NCBI GenBank assembly: GCA_963747515.1
Contig: CAVVFN010000009.1
Location: 234,505-298,504 of the forward strand
Direction: 5' to 3'
Source of the DNA: an uncultured Prolixibacteraceae bacterium
GTDB taxonomy: Bacteria > Bacteroidota > Bacteroidia > Bacteroidales > Prolixibacteraceae
DNA: 64,000 nucleotides
This document shows positions 1 through 10,655 of this stretch, one piece after another (position 1 is the stretch's first letter; every line of letters begins with the position of its first letter). Under the pieces are notes generated by a model. The model was not told the origin of the DNA, ran no database searches, and saw nothing but the letters and a program-made list of their open reading frames with translations. Both the position numbers and the translations under genes were made by a program.

Positions 1-111
1 CTGTTAAAAAACGTTTGATTAGAACTTTAGATTATAATTTTCCCATATTTTTGAATGATATTCAAGTTATAAAAGCAATATCAGAAGAATAGTTTAAACG
101 TAAGCAGTAAT

Positions 112-822
112 ATGACACCAGGAAAGTCCATACGGAGAATGGTAATTATTTGTTTTACTCTGTTGTGGTATAGTCATTTATTATTTGCACAAACAGAAGT
201 CCTGCCTTTACATTATGAACTGGATTCCATCCGGTTAAAGAAGTACCATTTAAACGATAATTTATCTAATTTACCCCTTCCAGGTATGGTTGAAAACAGG
301 TTTTTCAACACGGCATCTTCTGAAATAAATAATCTTCAATACGTTTATCAATTCAGAAATAAGCAGCTGCCTAAAACATTTTTGATTTCATTTAATGAAT
401 CTAAAACAGTTTTACCAGGTTTGGGTACCATTGAACATTTTACAAATCAATTAAGATGGCATCCAGGAAGAAATTTTACGATTGACTTTAAATCTGGATT
501 AGCTATTCAAAACACAATCATGAATCCTTATGTTCCTAATTATCAGCTCAGTTTCAGGGCTTCTGTTGAATATTTTTTTAATGATTGGCTAAGCGCTTAT
601 TTATACGCTCAGTATATAAGCAAACCCCTCAACAGGTCAGCTACTTACTTTGACCCATTTATGAGCAACAATCCTTTGTTTTTGCAAAATGAAGTTGGCG
701 CCGGATTAAAAGCCAATTTCAATAAAACGCATATAGGTCTTGAAGTTTATTCTATGCCTGGACAGGATTTTAAATCGGTAAGGTTAAAACCTGCAAATTC
801 CAGAATAACTATTGGGTTTTGA
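112..822 (+). CDS. hypothetical exported / outer-membrane protein
   Basis: 236-aa ORF with an N-terminal signal-like segment (LLFAQ), alternating beta-strand pattern and C-terminal Phe (ITIGF). Confidence 0.6.
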   Translation: MTPGKSIRRMVIICFTLLWYSHLLFAQTEVLPLHYELDSIRLKKYHLNDNLSNLPLPGMVENRFFNTASSEINNLQYVYQFRNKQLPKTFLISFNESKTVLPGLGTIEHFTNQLRWHPGRNFTIDFKSGLAIQNTIMNPYVPNYQLSFRASVEYFFNDWLSAYLYAQYISKPLNRSATYFDPFMSNNPLFLQNEVGAGLKANFNKTHIGLEVYSMPGQDFKSVRLKPANSRITIGF

Positions 823-876
823 TAGCTGTTTAATTTCATTAATTTCTTTTTTCGATAAAGGGAAGAAAATGGATAT

Positions 877-2910
877 TTATTTCACTTCCGAACCATTTTT
901 AACTTTCTGGTCGGGCGACACTATTGACAAGGTACCGTCGGCATTTTCGGCACATAGAATCATACCCTGCGATTCGATGCCTTTTAGTTTTTTCGGCTCA
1001 AGATTTACCAGGACAGATACCTGCTTCCCGATTAAATCAGCAGGTTCATAATATTCTGCTATGCCCGATACAACTGTTCTCTTGTCAAAACCGGTATCAA
1101 TTTTCAGCTTTAGCAACTTTTTTGTTTTAGGTAATCTTTCTGCCTCCAATACCGTACCTACCCGGATATCCATTTTACCAAAATCATCAAATTCAATGTT
1201 GTTTTTTACAGGATGGGCTTTGGCAACTTCCACCTTATTGGCCTTTTTTGTATTTAAAAGCTTTTGCAGCTGTGCTTCAATAACATGATCCTCCACTTTT
1301 TCAAACAGCAGTACGGGTTGGTTCACCTTATGTCCTGAAGATAATAAATTAGCAGAACTCAGCTTTTCCCATTCCTGTTTGTTCAAATTGAGGATTACCC
1401 TTAATTTTTCCATGCTGAATGGCAGGAACGGTTCAAGGATAATGGTAAGACTGGCTGTAATCTGCAGGCACACGTTCAAAATAGTTTTAACCCGTTCGGG
1501 ATTGGTTTTGAATAATTTCCACGGCTCCTCGTCGGCCAGGTATTTGTTGCCCAGCCGCGCTAAGTCCATGGCATTTTTAAGGCCTTCTCTGAAGCGAAAG
1601 CTGTCGAGGCTTTTTTCTACATCGGCTTTAATTGCAGAAATGGCAGCAAGAGTTTCCCTGTCGTAATCCGAAAGGCCACCCCGTTCAGGCACCTGGCCAT
1701 CAAAGTATTTGTGGGTAAGCACCAGTGCCCGGTTCACAAAATTTCCCAGCACAGCCACAAGCTCATTATTGTTGCGTGCCTGAAAATCCTTCCAGGTAAA
1801 ATCATTGTCTTTGGTTTCGGGAGCATTTGCAATAAGAACATATTTCAAAACATCTTCCTTCCCGGGAAGTTCCTGAAGATATTCATGCAGCCATACTGCC
1901 CAGTTGCGTGAGGTGGAAATTTTATCATTTTCAAGATTCAGAAATTCATTCGCAGGCACGTTTTCAGGAAGGTTAAAAGTCCCTTCAGCTTTCAGCATAC
2001 TTGGAAATATGATGCAGTGAAATACAATATTATCCTTTCCAATAAAGTGAATTAAGCGGGTTTCGGGATCTTTCCAATAGGTTTCCCATTCCGGAGTGAG
2101 TTCCTTTGTTGCCGAAATGTATCCGATTGGCGCATCGAACCACACATACAATACTTTTCCTTCGGCTCCTTCAACTGGTACTGGAACTCCCCAGTCGAGA
2201 TCACGGGTGAGAGCTCGCGGCAGCAAGCCACTGTCGATCCATGATTTACACTGACCGTAAACATTGGGTTTCCATTCCTTATGACCCTCCAGTATCCATT
2301 CTCTGAGCCAGGGTTCATACTCATTGAGCGGCAGGTACCAATGTCTGGTTTCTTTTAGCACCGGTTGGTTTCCGCTTATCATGGAAGTTGGATTAATCAG
2401 CTCTGTAGGGCTTAATGATGTGCCGCAACTTTCACACTGGTCGCCATATGCCTTTTCAAATCCGCATTTGGGGCAGGTGCCAATGATGTATCGGTCGGCC
2501 AGAAACTGATTGTTTTCTTCATCGTAATATTGTTCGGATACTTTTTCAATGAATTTTCCCTCATTGTAGAGCTTTTTGAAAAATTCAGAAGCCGTATCAT
2601 GATGAATTTTCGAGCTGGTACGTGAATAGACGTCGAAGGATATGCCAAAATCGCTGAACGATTTTTTGATGATTTTGTGAAACCTGTCTACCACATCCTG
2701 TGGCGTTACTCCTTCATTTTTGGCTTTTAAGGTGATGGGAACTCCATGCTCATCTGAACCTCCAATTAGCAGTACATCCTCATTTTTAAGACGCAGGTAA
2801 CGTGCATAAATATCGGCTGGAACATATACGCCGGCCAGATGTCCGATATGAATTGGCCCATTGGCATATGGCAGGGCTGTAGTAATTAAAGTCCGTTTAT
2901 ACTCAACCAT
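877..2910 (-). CDS. metG: methionine--tRNA ligase with C-terminal tRNA-binding domain
   Basis: [13 protein letters not shown] (HIGH motif), CPKC..CESC zinc knuckle, KISTS (KMSKS equivalent), C-terminal Trbp111/EMAP-like domain (DIRVGTV...GIESQGM). Confidence 0.97.
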   Translation of the reverse strand: MVEYKRTLITTALPYANGPIHIGHLAGVYVPADIYARYLRLKNEDVLLIGGSDEHGVPITLKAKNEGVTPQDVVDRFHKIIKKSFSDFGISFDVYSRTSSKIHHDTASEFFKKLYNEGKFIEKVSEQYYDEENNQFLADRYIIGTCPKCGFEKAYGDQCESCGTSLSPTELINPTSMISGNQPVLKETRHWYLPLNEYEPWLREWILEGHKEWKPNVYGQCKSWIDSGLLPRALTRDLDWGVPVPVEGAEGKVLYVWFDAPIGYISATKELTPEWETYWKDPETRLIHFIGKDNIVFHCIIFPSMLKAEGTFNLPENVPANEFLNLENDKISTSRNWAVWLHEYLQELPGKEDVLKYVLIANAPETKDNDFTWKDFQARNNNELVAVLGNFVNRALVLTHKYFDGQVPERGGLSDYDRETLAAISAIKADVEKSLDSFRFREGLKNAMDLARLGNKYLADEEPWKLFKTNPERVKTILNVCLQITASLTIILEPFLPFSMEKLRVILNLNKQEWEKLSSANLLSSGHKVNQPVLLFEKVEDHVIEAQLQKLLNTKKANKVEVAKAHPVKNNIEFDDFGKMDIRVGTVLEAERLPKTKKLLKLKIDTGFDKRTVVSGIAEYYEPADLIGKQVSVLVNLEPKKLKGIESQGMILCAENADGTLSIVSPDQKVKNGSEVK

Positions 2911-2953
2911 GTTGATTTTTATCTTGAAAAATTGATTTCTTTTATAAAAAATA

Positions 2954-2961
2954 CAAAGATA
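2954..2961 (-). promoter_or_regulatory. Bacteroidota -7 promoter element for metG (TATCTTTG)
   Basis: Exact TAnnTTTG on the minus strand about 45 nt upstream of the metG start. Confidence 0.6.
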
Positions 2962-3202
2962 GTGGAAATTTTTTGGTCACTCCTTGGCAGATGCTTAGAG
3001 ATTGATTTTAATAATAAAGAAATGTAAAATCGCATCAGAATTATAATCTGATCTTTTTTGATACTATATAAAATTAACCTTATTGTGATACTCCCATCAA
3101 ATATTGATTTTTATTGATTTCTTCCACTCACTGAATATTGCAGCCGTATTTAAAAGGATGTAATAATATATATCCTATAATTGGTGGAAAATTCATTTTA
3201 CC

Positions 3203-3210
3203 TATTTTTG
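3203..3210 (+). promoter_or_regulatory. Bacteroidota -7 promoter element (TATTTTTG)
   Basis: Exact TAnnTTTG 30 nt upstream of the ATG at 3241. Confidence 0.55.
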
Positions 3211-3240
3211 CTGACAAACTATTATAAATAATAAAGCAGT

Positions 3241-4638
3241 ATGCGGGTAATTATTTTCTTCAATGTTTTCTTTTTCTTTTTGTATCATTCTGTATTTGCT
3301 CAGGAAAAAACAGATTTTTGGAGCAATCAGTCGGGGCGCGAATTAAAATTAAGAATTTCGGATAATAACCGGTATTTGGTTTATAATGACGGGAAGCCAT
3401 TTTTTTGGTTAGGAGATACAGCATGGGAATTGTTTCACCGGTTAAACCGGGAAGAAGCGGATCGATATCTTGAAGATCGCGCTGAAAAAGGGTTTACGGT
3501 TATCCAGGCAGTTATTTTAGCTGAACTGGAAGGAGTAACCATTCCCAATGCATATGGTAACCTGCCTTTAGTTGATAAAAATCCGGATAAACCTGTTGAA
3601 GAGTATTTCAAACATGTAGACTATATTGTCGATAAAGCAGCTTCATTGGGAATGTTTATTGGAATGTTACCTTCGTGGGGATATTATTGGAAAACCAATC
3701 CTGGTAACGACATAAGAATTTTTACAGAAGAAAATGCCAGGAAATATGGAGAATATCTGGGTACCCGTTATCACGATAAACCAATAATTTGGATACTGGG
3801 AGGTGATAGTAATCCTGAAAATGATGAAGAGTTGGCTATCATTGAAGCACTTGCAAACGGACTTCGATTGAATGGCAAGAACTCTCAACTGATTACTTTT
3901 CATCCAAGAGGTCCTGGCAGGTCATCTGATTATTTTCATCATTCCTCCTGGCTTGATTTTAATATGTTTCAATCGTCACATGCAGCTAAGGGATTTGACA
4001 ATGGTATATTTGCTGAATTGGATCGCAGGCTGAAACCGGCCAAACCCACAATCGACGGCGAACCGCGATACGAACAAATGGTAGTGGGTTTTTATCATCA
4101 GGGAGCTCATCCAATGAATAAATTTACAAACTACGATACACGAACTGCAGCTTACTGGTCGATGCTTGCCGGAACCTGCGGCTTTACTTACGGAAATAAT
4201 AACATATGGCAAATGTGGAGCGAAGGCGAAAAGAAAATAGTTGGTGCCGATATTCCCTGGTACGAGGCAATAAATCATCCGGGAGCCTATGAAATGACGC
4301 ACATGAGAAAACTGTTTGAATCGCAGGAATGGGAGAAACTTGAACCTGCTCAGTATCTGATTATGGATGGACCTTTGAATGGTCCATCTAAAATCAGAGC
4401 AGCGATAGCCTCTGACAAATCATTTTTGATGGTATATTCTCCATATGGTGAACCGTTTACATTAAATCTTGATTCTCTGGCACATAACCATACCATTGAA
4501 ACCTGGTTTGACCCCAGATACGGGAGCAGTTTTGTATTTCGGCAGGGAATTACCCTATCTGTAAAGACCTTCACTCCACCTACTTCTGGTGTAGGAAATG
4601 ACTGGATGCTTGTTGTTGAAACAAAATCAACTGACTAG
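3241..4638 (+). CDS. DUF4038-domain glycoside hydrolase (GH140 apiosidase-like) with C-terminal beta-sandwich
   Basis: Signal peptide; PFFWLGDTAWELFHRL, KGFTVIQAV, WILGGD, HPRG, DGEPRYE, G..GFTYG.N.IWQ and WFDPR motifs typical of DUF4038/GH140 proteins. Confidence 0.75.
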   Translation: MRVIIFFNVFFFFLYHSVFAQEKTDFWSNQSGRELKLRISDNNRYLVYNDGKPFFWLGDTAWELFHRLNREEADRYLEDRAEKGFTVIQAVILAELEGVTIPNAYGNLPLVDKNPDKPVEEYFKHVDYIVDKAASLGMFIGMLPSWGYYWKTNPGNDIRIFTEENARKYGEYLGTRYHDKPIIWILGGDSNPENDEELAIIEALANGLRLNGKNSQLITFHPRGPGRSSDYFHHSSWLDFNMFQSSHAAKGFDNGIFAELDRRLKPAKPTIDGEPRYEQMVVGFYHQGAHPMNKFTNYDTRTAAYWSMLAGTCGFTYGNNNIWQMWSEGEKKIVGADIPWYEAINHPGAYEMTHMRKLFESQEWEKLEPAQYLIMDGPLNGPSKIRAAIASDKSFLMVYSPYGEPFTLNLDSLAHNHTIETWFDPRYGSSFVFRQGITLSVKTFTPPTSGVGNDWMLVVETKSTD

Positions 4639-4874
4639 TAACGGGATTTAAATGTGCTTTTAGCTGTAAAGTCTTTAAAAGTAAGTTTTATTATTTTCTT
4701 AAGCCTTTGGATTACATTTTAATGAAACAATTTAATTCTTTTTTTTTATATGATTATGCATGAATGGCAGTTAAAGATTAAAACTTGCGATAGTTAGGCT
4801 GTAAATCTTTTTCCTGTTTTTTCTTTGATGTTTTGTGGAAGTTTTGATTTGAGATAACTTTATATAGAAAAAAT

Positions 4875-5528
4875 ATGGCTCAGTTTACACATATCATTTT
4901 TGATCTTGACGGTACATTATCCGATCCCAGACAAGGCATCGGCAATGCCATAGGTTATGCTCTTGAAAAGATGCAAATAGAAGGTTTTGATGGGTTTGTC
5001 CCTGATAGTTTTATTGGCCCCCCTTTGCAACAAAGCTTTCAGGAGTTGTTTAATCTGGATAAGCAGAATACAGAGTTGGCTATAGGACATTTTCGTGAAT
5101 ACTATTCGAAGAAAGGTTTATTTGAGAACCATCCGTACCCTGGAATTTCTGAATTGCTGAAGGAACTTCATTTTGCTGGTATTCACATGTTCATTGCTAC
5201 CTCCAAATTGGAAAGATTTGCATTACAGATAGCTTCCCATTTTGGTTTCGATAAGTACATTGCCCGGCTTAAAGGAGCCGATTATAAAGGTGTGCATGCC
5301 ACTAAAACAACCATTATCACCAGCTTGCTGGAGATGCAGCAGTTGGCTCCTTCAGAAGATATTGTGATGGTGGGTGACACTGTTTTTGATGTTGTTGGAG
5401 GCAATCAGAATGGTCTCTCTACTGTGGCTGTTATGTATGGTTTTGGTAAACCAGAAGAGTTGCTGACTGCCGAACCTGATTTTTGGGCAGAAACGGTTGA
5501 CGACCTTTACGATATTCTTCTCAGATAA
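4875..5528 (+). CDS. HAD-superfamily hydrolase (phosphoglycolate phosphatase / 5'-nucleotidase-like)
   Basis: DLDGTL motif I, ATSK motif II, MVGD..FD motif IV. Confidence 0.85.
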   Translation: MAQFTHIIFDLDGTLSDPRQGIGNAIGYALEKMQIEGFDGFVPDSFIGPPLQQSFQELFNLDKQNTELAIGHFREYYSKKGLFENHPYPGISELLKELHFAGIHMFIATSKLERFALQIASHFGFDKYIARLKGADYKGVHATKTTIITSLLEMQQLAPSEDIVMVGDTVFDVVGGNQNGLSTVAVMYGFGKPEELLTAEPDFWAETVDDLYDILLR

Positions 5529-5754
5529 CGGTTTCATTCTTTTTACACCGGGAATATCGGTAAAGGGGCAAAATATGTTCTATTTTAAAAAGTTTTCTGT
5601 AAGGTTCTGAATTTTATCCTTATTGAAATAGATGTCATCAAGAAAAACCAGGAGGTACTTTTCAACGATATGCAATTTTAAATAATTGCTGCTGTTTGAA
5701 AGTCAATGAACGACAGAAATGATACGAATCAGGTTTTTTTTTGCTGAATTAAGA

Positions 5755-5762
5755 TATCTTTG
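5755..5762 (+). promoter_or_regulatory. Bacteroidota -7 promoter element (TATCTTTG)
   Basis: Exact TAnnTTTG 20 nt upstream of the ATG at 5782. Confidence 0.55.
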
Positions 5763-5781
5763 AATGGAAACAAAATTATAA

Positions 5782-6702
5782 ATGATTGTACCTGCTGCTT
5801 TAAAACCTGGTGATAAAATCCGGATTGTTTCACCTGCCGGTAAGGTGAAAGAGGAATTTGTACTTCCCGCTGTCGATTGGCTTGCCGGAAAAGGTTACCG
5901 GGTGGAAACAGGCAGGCATGTATTTGCAACCCATTTCCAGTTTGCAGGCACCGATGCTCAGCGGCTTGAAGACCTGCAGGAAGCATTAGATGATCAGGAG
6001 GCCGCAGCAGTACTTTGCTCCCGTGGAGGGTACGGAACCGTTCGTATTTTGAGTAAAATCAACTACAATGGGTTGATTAATTATCCGAAATGGATAATTG
6101 GCTTCAGTGATATTACTATAATGCACAGTTGCCTGAATAACCACTCTGTGGCAAGCATTCATGGAGTTATGCCCCGGTACTTCTTCGACAAAAATAGTCA
6201 GCCCAGTGAAAGCCTTCAGTCATTGATGAAGCTGATTACAGGTGAAAATGTTTCGTACACCTTTCCTGCTGCTGAAGGCAATCGTTCAGGACTGGTAAGG
6301 GGAGAACTGATTGGAGGCAACCTTTCTATAATTTCAAGTATGCAGGGAACACCATGTGAACTGGATACCAGCGGGAAAATCCTTTTTCTGGAAGATATCG
6401 ATGAGTATTTATATCATACCGATAGGATGATGCACCAGCTAATGCTGGGAGGTAAGCTGAATAATCTGGCGGGTCTGGTGTTGGGTTCCTTTACTGAAAT
6501 GAAGGACAATGAATCGCCATTCGGCAGAAATGTACATGAACTCATAACTGAAGTAATAGAGCAGTTTGACTTCCCGGTTTGTTTTGGTTTTCCTGCCGGG
6601 CATAATGAAATTAACCTGGCCCTGGCTTTTGGCCTTACCTGGGAACTTGAAGTTGGCAGCAAAACTTCTGCATTAAAACTGATTCAATCTCTTAATTTTT
6701 AA
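5782..6702 (+). CDS. LD-carboxypeptidase (peptidase S66)
   Basis: RGGYG, GFSDIT (catalytic Ser), GGNL, FLED (Glu) and PAGH (His) motifs. Confidence 0.9.
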   Translation: MIVPAALKPGDKIRIVSPAGKVKEEFVLPAVDWLAGKGYRVETGRHVFATHFQFAGTDAQRLEDLQEALDDQEAAAVLCSRGGYGTVRILSKINYNGLINYPKWIIGFSDITIMHSCLNNHSVASIHGVMPRYFFDKNSQPSESLQSLMKLITGENVSYTFPAAEGNRSGLVRGELIGGNLSIISSMQGTPCELDTSGKILFLEDIDEYLYHTDRMMHQLMLGGKLNNLAGLVLGSFTEMKDNESPFGRNVHELITEVIEQFDFPVCFGFPAGHNEINLALAFGLTWELEVGSKTSALKLIQSLNF

Positions 6703-6730
6703 TACTACAGGTTTAAAACTCAATTTTAAT

Positions 6731-7093
6731 ATGCTTTCAACAAGGGAAATAGGAGTGTTAGCCGAAAAACATGCAAAAGAATACCTTCTGGAACTGGGCT
6801 ACCAAATCCTTGACACCAACTGGCAATTCGGCCATTTGGAACTCGACATTGTGGCGCGTGAGGCCGATCAATTGGTAATCGTGGAGGTGAAATCGCGTAA
6901 TGGGATTCGTTACGAACATCCTTCGGAGGCCATAACCGATATAAAAATAAGACGAATTGTAGATGCTGCCGAAGCGTACATTTTTCAGAAGGACCTGCAT
7001 TGCGACACCCGTTTCGATGTAATAACAGTCATCTTTTTTGGTGATATTCCTGAACTTGAACATTTCAAGGATGCATTTTATCCCACCCCCTGA
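6731..7093 (+). CDS. yraN: YraN family protein (UPF0102, PD-(D/E)XK fold)
   Basis: G..AE..A..YL...GY.IL..NW....LELDIVA, VEVKSR and RFDVI motifs. Confidence 0.9.
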   Translation: MLSTREIGVLAEKHAKEYLLELGYQILDTNWQFGHLELDIVAREADQLVIVEVKSRNGIRYEHPSEAITDIKIRRIVDAAEAYIFQKDLHCDTRFDVITVIFFGDIPELEHFKDAFYPTP

Positions 7094-7119
7094 CGGCATT
7101 GGATCTAAATTCAAATTCG

Positions 7120-7127
7120 TATTTTTG
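7120..7127 (+). promoter_or_regulatory. Bacteroidota -7 promoter element (TATTTTTG)
   Basis: Exact TAnnTTTG just upstream of GTG 7135, supporting that start over the ORF-track start at 7099. Confidence 0.5.
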
Positions 7128-7134
7128 CATTGTT

Positions 7135-7482
7135 GTGAATATAGAAGAGATCAGGAAATATTGCCTGGAAAAGAAAGGAGTTACGGAAAGTTTTCCTTTT
7201 GATGAAACTACGCTGGTATTTAAAGTCTCAGCAAAAATCTTTTGTCTTGCCAATCTGGAGGGCGATCTTACAGTGAATCTTAAAAACGATCCTGAAAAGA
7301 ACCTTGAGTTGCGTGAAAGATATCCTGCAGTAAAACCCGGATACCACATGAACAAACAACATTGGAATACCGTTGAAATCAAAGGGAAGATTCCCGATAT
7401 CCTGATAAAACAATTCATCGATGATTCATACAATTTGGTAGTAAAAAATTTATCCCGAAAACAAAAACAAGAGTTGAAATAA
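7135..7482 (+). CDS. MmcQ/YjbR family DNA-binding protein
   Basis: ESFPFDETTLVFKV, NLKNDPE, PGYHMNKQHWNTV motifs; start moved to GTG 7135. Confidence 0.85.
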   Translation: MNIEEIRKYCLEKKGVTESFPFDETTLVFKVSAKIFCLANLEGDLTVNLKNDPEKNLELRERYPAVKPGYHMNKQHWNTVEIKGKIPDILIKQFIDDSYNLVVKNLSRKQKQELK

Positions 7483-8571
7483 ATGAAAACGCACCCTTTA
7501 TTTATCATTTTCTTAGTAGGTTTTTTTATCAATACTTCTGCTTATCCAGATATCAAAGGCGGAGAATTCTCACTTGAAACTGTTATTAAGCATTTTCCGG
7601 TTATCGATCAAGGCAGTACAGGAACCTGCTGGAGCTTTGCCACCACCAGTTTTCTGGAGTCGGAAATTATCCGCAAGGGTTATCCGGAAACCGATTTATC
7701 TGAAATGTTTTTTGTTTATCATGCCTATGAAAACAGAGCTCTGAATTATTTATTGTTTCATGGCAACAACAATATTGGTCAGGGAGGCCAGGCACACGAT
7801 GTAATGAATGTATTGGCCCAATATGGAATGATGACCCAGGAGGCATTCCCTGGAGTAGAGGGCAACGGCCGGCTCAATCACCGTAACCTGGAAAGAGAGG
7901 TGCGTGATGAGGCACAAAGGCTAAATGATAAAAAGGATGGTTTTACTTCAAAAAACCTTGAAACTTTCGATGCTATCCTGGATAACCATTTAGGTCAACT
8001 GCCTAAAAAGATGGCTCGCGGTTCCAAAAAAATAACTCCGATTGAATTTCGCGACAGTTTTGAAATTGACCCAGATGACTACATTGAGCTTACCTCTTAC
8101 AGCCATAGGCCCTTTTATAAGCCTTTTGTTCTGGAAGTACCCGATAACTGGGCGCATGGCCTCTATTACAATTTGCCCATCGACGAGTTGGTGGAGGTAA
8201 TGTACTACGCCCTCGAAAATGGATATACCATTGCCTGGGATGGCGATACCAGTGAAAAAACCTTTAGCTATGTCAATTGCAAAGCGGATCTGCCACGTAA
8301 ACAAAAAGGGAAAGTGGACCAAAAACTGCGTCAGGAAACTTTTTATAACCGAACTACCACCGACGATCATTTGATGCATATTGTTGGAATTTCGAGCGAC
8401 AGGGAGGACAGAAAAATGTTTTATACCAAAAATTCATGGGGACCTGCCAGCAATGATTGTGGAGGATACCTGCACATGACTGAAGATTACGTAAGACTGA
8501 AAACATTGGCTGTTATGGTGAATAAGGAATCCATTCCCGCTCATATCCGGCAAAAACTGGAGTTGAAATAG
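7483..8571 (+). CDS. aminopeptidase C / bleomycin-hydrolase-like cysteine peptidase (C1B)
   Basis: DQGSTGTCWSF (Gln/Cys), DDHLMHIVG (His), KNSWG (Asn); signal peptide. Confidence 0.88.
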   Translation: MKTHPLFIIFLVGFFINTSAYPDIKGGEFSLETVIKHFPVIDQGSTGTCWSFATTSFLESEIIRKGYPETDLSEMFFVYHAYENRALNYLLFHGNNNIGQGGQAHDVMNVLAQYGMMTQEAFPGVEGNGRLNHRNLEREVRDEAQRLNDKKDGFTSKNLETFDAILDNHLGQLPKKMARGSKKITPIEFRDSFEIDPDDYIELTSYSHRPFYKPFVLEVPDNWAHGLYYNLPIDELVEVMYYALENGYTIAWDGDTSEKTFSYVNCKADLPRKQKGKVDQKLRQETFYNRTTTDDHLMHIVGISSDREDRKMFYTKNSWGPASNDCGGYLHMTEDYVRLKTLAVMVNKESIPAHIRQKLELK

Positions 8572-8776
8572 CAGCCGATAGCAGCAGAAGGAAAATACAT
8601 AATGTGAGCAAAATTTCCTTGTTGCTGTACTTCTTATGGATTAACAGCCAATTTGCCCGCACTGCTCTTTAGTGTTCAGGGTGTTTTTTGTAACAAACAA
8701 ATCATCCGTTTTGATAACCAACGGGAAGCAGAGACAGTGACAAATAATCAATAATAAAAACAAATGAGAATACCTG

Positions 8777-9004
8777 ATGAATGAATTTGTACTTAACAAC
8801 GATTACATTGAACTGGTGAGGCTGATCAAATTCCTTGGCATTGCTGAAACCGGGGGACATGCAAAAACATTGATTGACCTGGGAGAGGTGCGGTTAAACG
8901 GACAAACGGAACTTCGTAAACGTGCCAAACTCAGAGATGGGGATGTATTAGAAATTTCCGGCAGAAAAATACGGATTCGTTCTGCCGGAAATGCAAACTC
9001 CTGA
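8777..9004 (+). CDS. S4-domain RNA-binding protein (YaaA/YbcJ-like)
   Basis: YIEL..LIK..GIAETGG.AK..I..GEV.LNG..E.RKRAKL..GD pattern. Confidence 0.88.
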   Translation: MNEFVLNNDYIELVRLIKFLGIAETGGHAKTLIDLGEVRLNGQTELRKRAKLRDGDVLEISGRKIRIRSAGNANS

Positions 9005-9019
9005 ACTGACATTCAAGCT

Positions 9020-10654
9020 TTATTTCTTTTCCTTTAAAAGGTTCTCAACCAAAAGGTTTTGTTTCGACACTTCAACGGCTTTCTGCAGGGTATTGTCAAT
9101 CTGGCTGATAATAGGAAAATAACCTTCTTCCCCTATTATATTTCGTGCTATGTATGCCTTCAGCTGTGTCTTTATTAATTCACCCGATTGTTTCAATCCT
9201 TTCGCATCTTTTGGAATATCATTTTTTGCAGCATAATTTATAAACTCATTCATTATATTTTGTTGATCGAGATAAGTCTCAAATTCTCCTGCTGTTTTAA
9301 ATTTTGATAGTTTCTCTCTGTGGCTGTCGGCATAATTAAATGCAAAAGTATAAATCAGTCCTTTCCTGAATAAGCGATTGAAGTAATCCGAATTGCCTGT
9401 TGTATCCATGGGAACAAAGATATCGGGCATAATGCCACCTCCTCCGTAGACAATCCTGCCCGCTTTTGTCTGATACTTCAGTGAATCATTAAACTGAATG
9501 CTGTCGGCAGATAATTGTTCATTGTGGCTGAACCGTGTCTGTAAATCATGATAATATTCATCGTTGCCATTTTCATAAGGCTTTTGAATGCTTCTGCCAC
9601 TTGGTGTATAAAACCGGGCCACTGTCAGCCGCAATGCAGATCCATCCATCAGTGGAATCTGTTCCTGAACCAGCCCCTTACCAAACGACCGCCGGCCAAT
9701 AATCAGTCCACGGTCATTATCCTGAAGTGCTCCTGCAAATATTTCACTTGCCGATGCTGAGAATTCATCTATCAGCACAAAAACCTCCATGTCCTTCCAG
9801 TGGTTTTTCCCTGAAGCCCTGTATGTTTTACGAGGCTGATTTATTCCTTCAGTATATAAAATGGACTCCCCTTTCTCCAGAAATTCGTCCAGTATTTGCA
9901 GCACACTCGATAAAGAACCTCCCGGATTCTGACGAAGATCGACGATTACTTTTTTGGCTCCCTTTTCATTTATTTTCTGCATCCCCTGCATAAATTCATT
10001 GTATGTCTGTTCAGAAAACCGGTTTACTTTTATGAATCCTGTTTCATCGTCAATCATATAGGCAATATCGACACTGATAAGTGGAATGTTATCTCTTGTG
10101 ATTTCGAATTCCAGCTCTTCATCATATCCTTTTCTAATGATGCCAACTTCAACCCTGGTGTTTCGTTCTCCTCTCAAAAGCTTCAATACGGTGTTGTTTT
10201 TAACGTCCACTCCGGCAATTAAAGAATCATTTACGGTAACAATCCGATCACCAGGTAAAATGCCGACCTGGTTCGAAGGCCCGTTCGGGATAACTTCAAT
10301 AACCCTTACCGTATCGTCCTGAATCGAAAATTGAACACCTATTCCGGAGAAATTTCCACTCATCTCTTCATGAACTTCCTGCATATTTTTTGCCGGAATG
10401 TAAGCAGTATGAGGATCAAGATTTTTCAGGATTTCAGGAATGGTTTGTTCCACAATTTCGTCAGCATTGATGCTGTCTACATATCCGTTTTCTATTAGCT
10501 GAAGTACAGTATTCAGTTTATTTGGCCGTGCATAACCCATTAATGGTGAATGTACAACCTGGCTGTTGTGCCTGAGCAGGTTTCCCAAAAGAATACCTGC
10601 AGCAACCGATACAGCTACCAGTAAAGGCAAAATTACAGTTGTTCTTTTATTCAT
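9020..10654 (-). CDS. S41 family C-terminal processing peptidase (CtpA/Prc-like)
   Basis: LDPH, GIGV (PDZ), DLRQNPGG, SASASEIFAGALQD, GRRSFGKG motifs. Confidence 0.92.
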   Translation of the reverse strand: MNKRTTVILPLLVAVSVAAGILLGNLLRHNSQVVHSPLMGYARPNKLNTVLQLIENGYVDSINADEIVEQTIPEILKNLDPHTAYIPAKNMQEVHEEMSGNFSGIGVQFSIQDDTVRVIEVIPNGPSNQVGILPGDRIVTVNDSLIAGVDVKNNTVLKLLRGERNTRVEVGIIRKGYDEELEFEITRDNIPLISVDIAYMIDDETGFIKVNRFSEQTYNEFMQGMQKINEKGAKKVIVDLRQNPGGSLSSVLQILDEFLEKGESILYTEGINQPRKTYRASGKNHWKDMEVFVLIDEFSASASEIFAGALQDNDRGLIIGRRSFGKGLVQEQIPLMDGSALRLTVARFYTPSGRSIQKPYENGNDEYYHDLQTRFSHNEQLSADSIQFNDSLKYQTKAGRIVYGGGGIMPDIFVPMDTTGNSDYFNRLFRKGLIYTFAFNYADSHREKLSKFKTAGEFETYLDQQNIMNEFINYAAKNDIPKDAKGLKQSGELIKTQLKAYIARNIIGEEGYFPIISQIDNTLQKAVEVSKQNLLVENLLKEKK

Positions 10655-10655
10655 T

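Noticed and set aside
2911-3120. Repeated ATTGATTT words in the metG / GH140 divergent region
   Set aside because: Irregular spacing in very AT-rich DNA; not distinguishable from chance by eye
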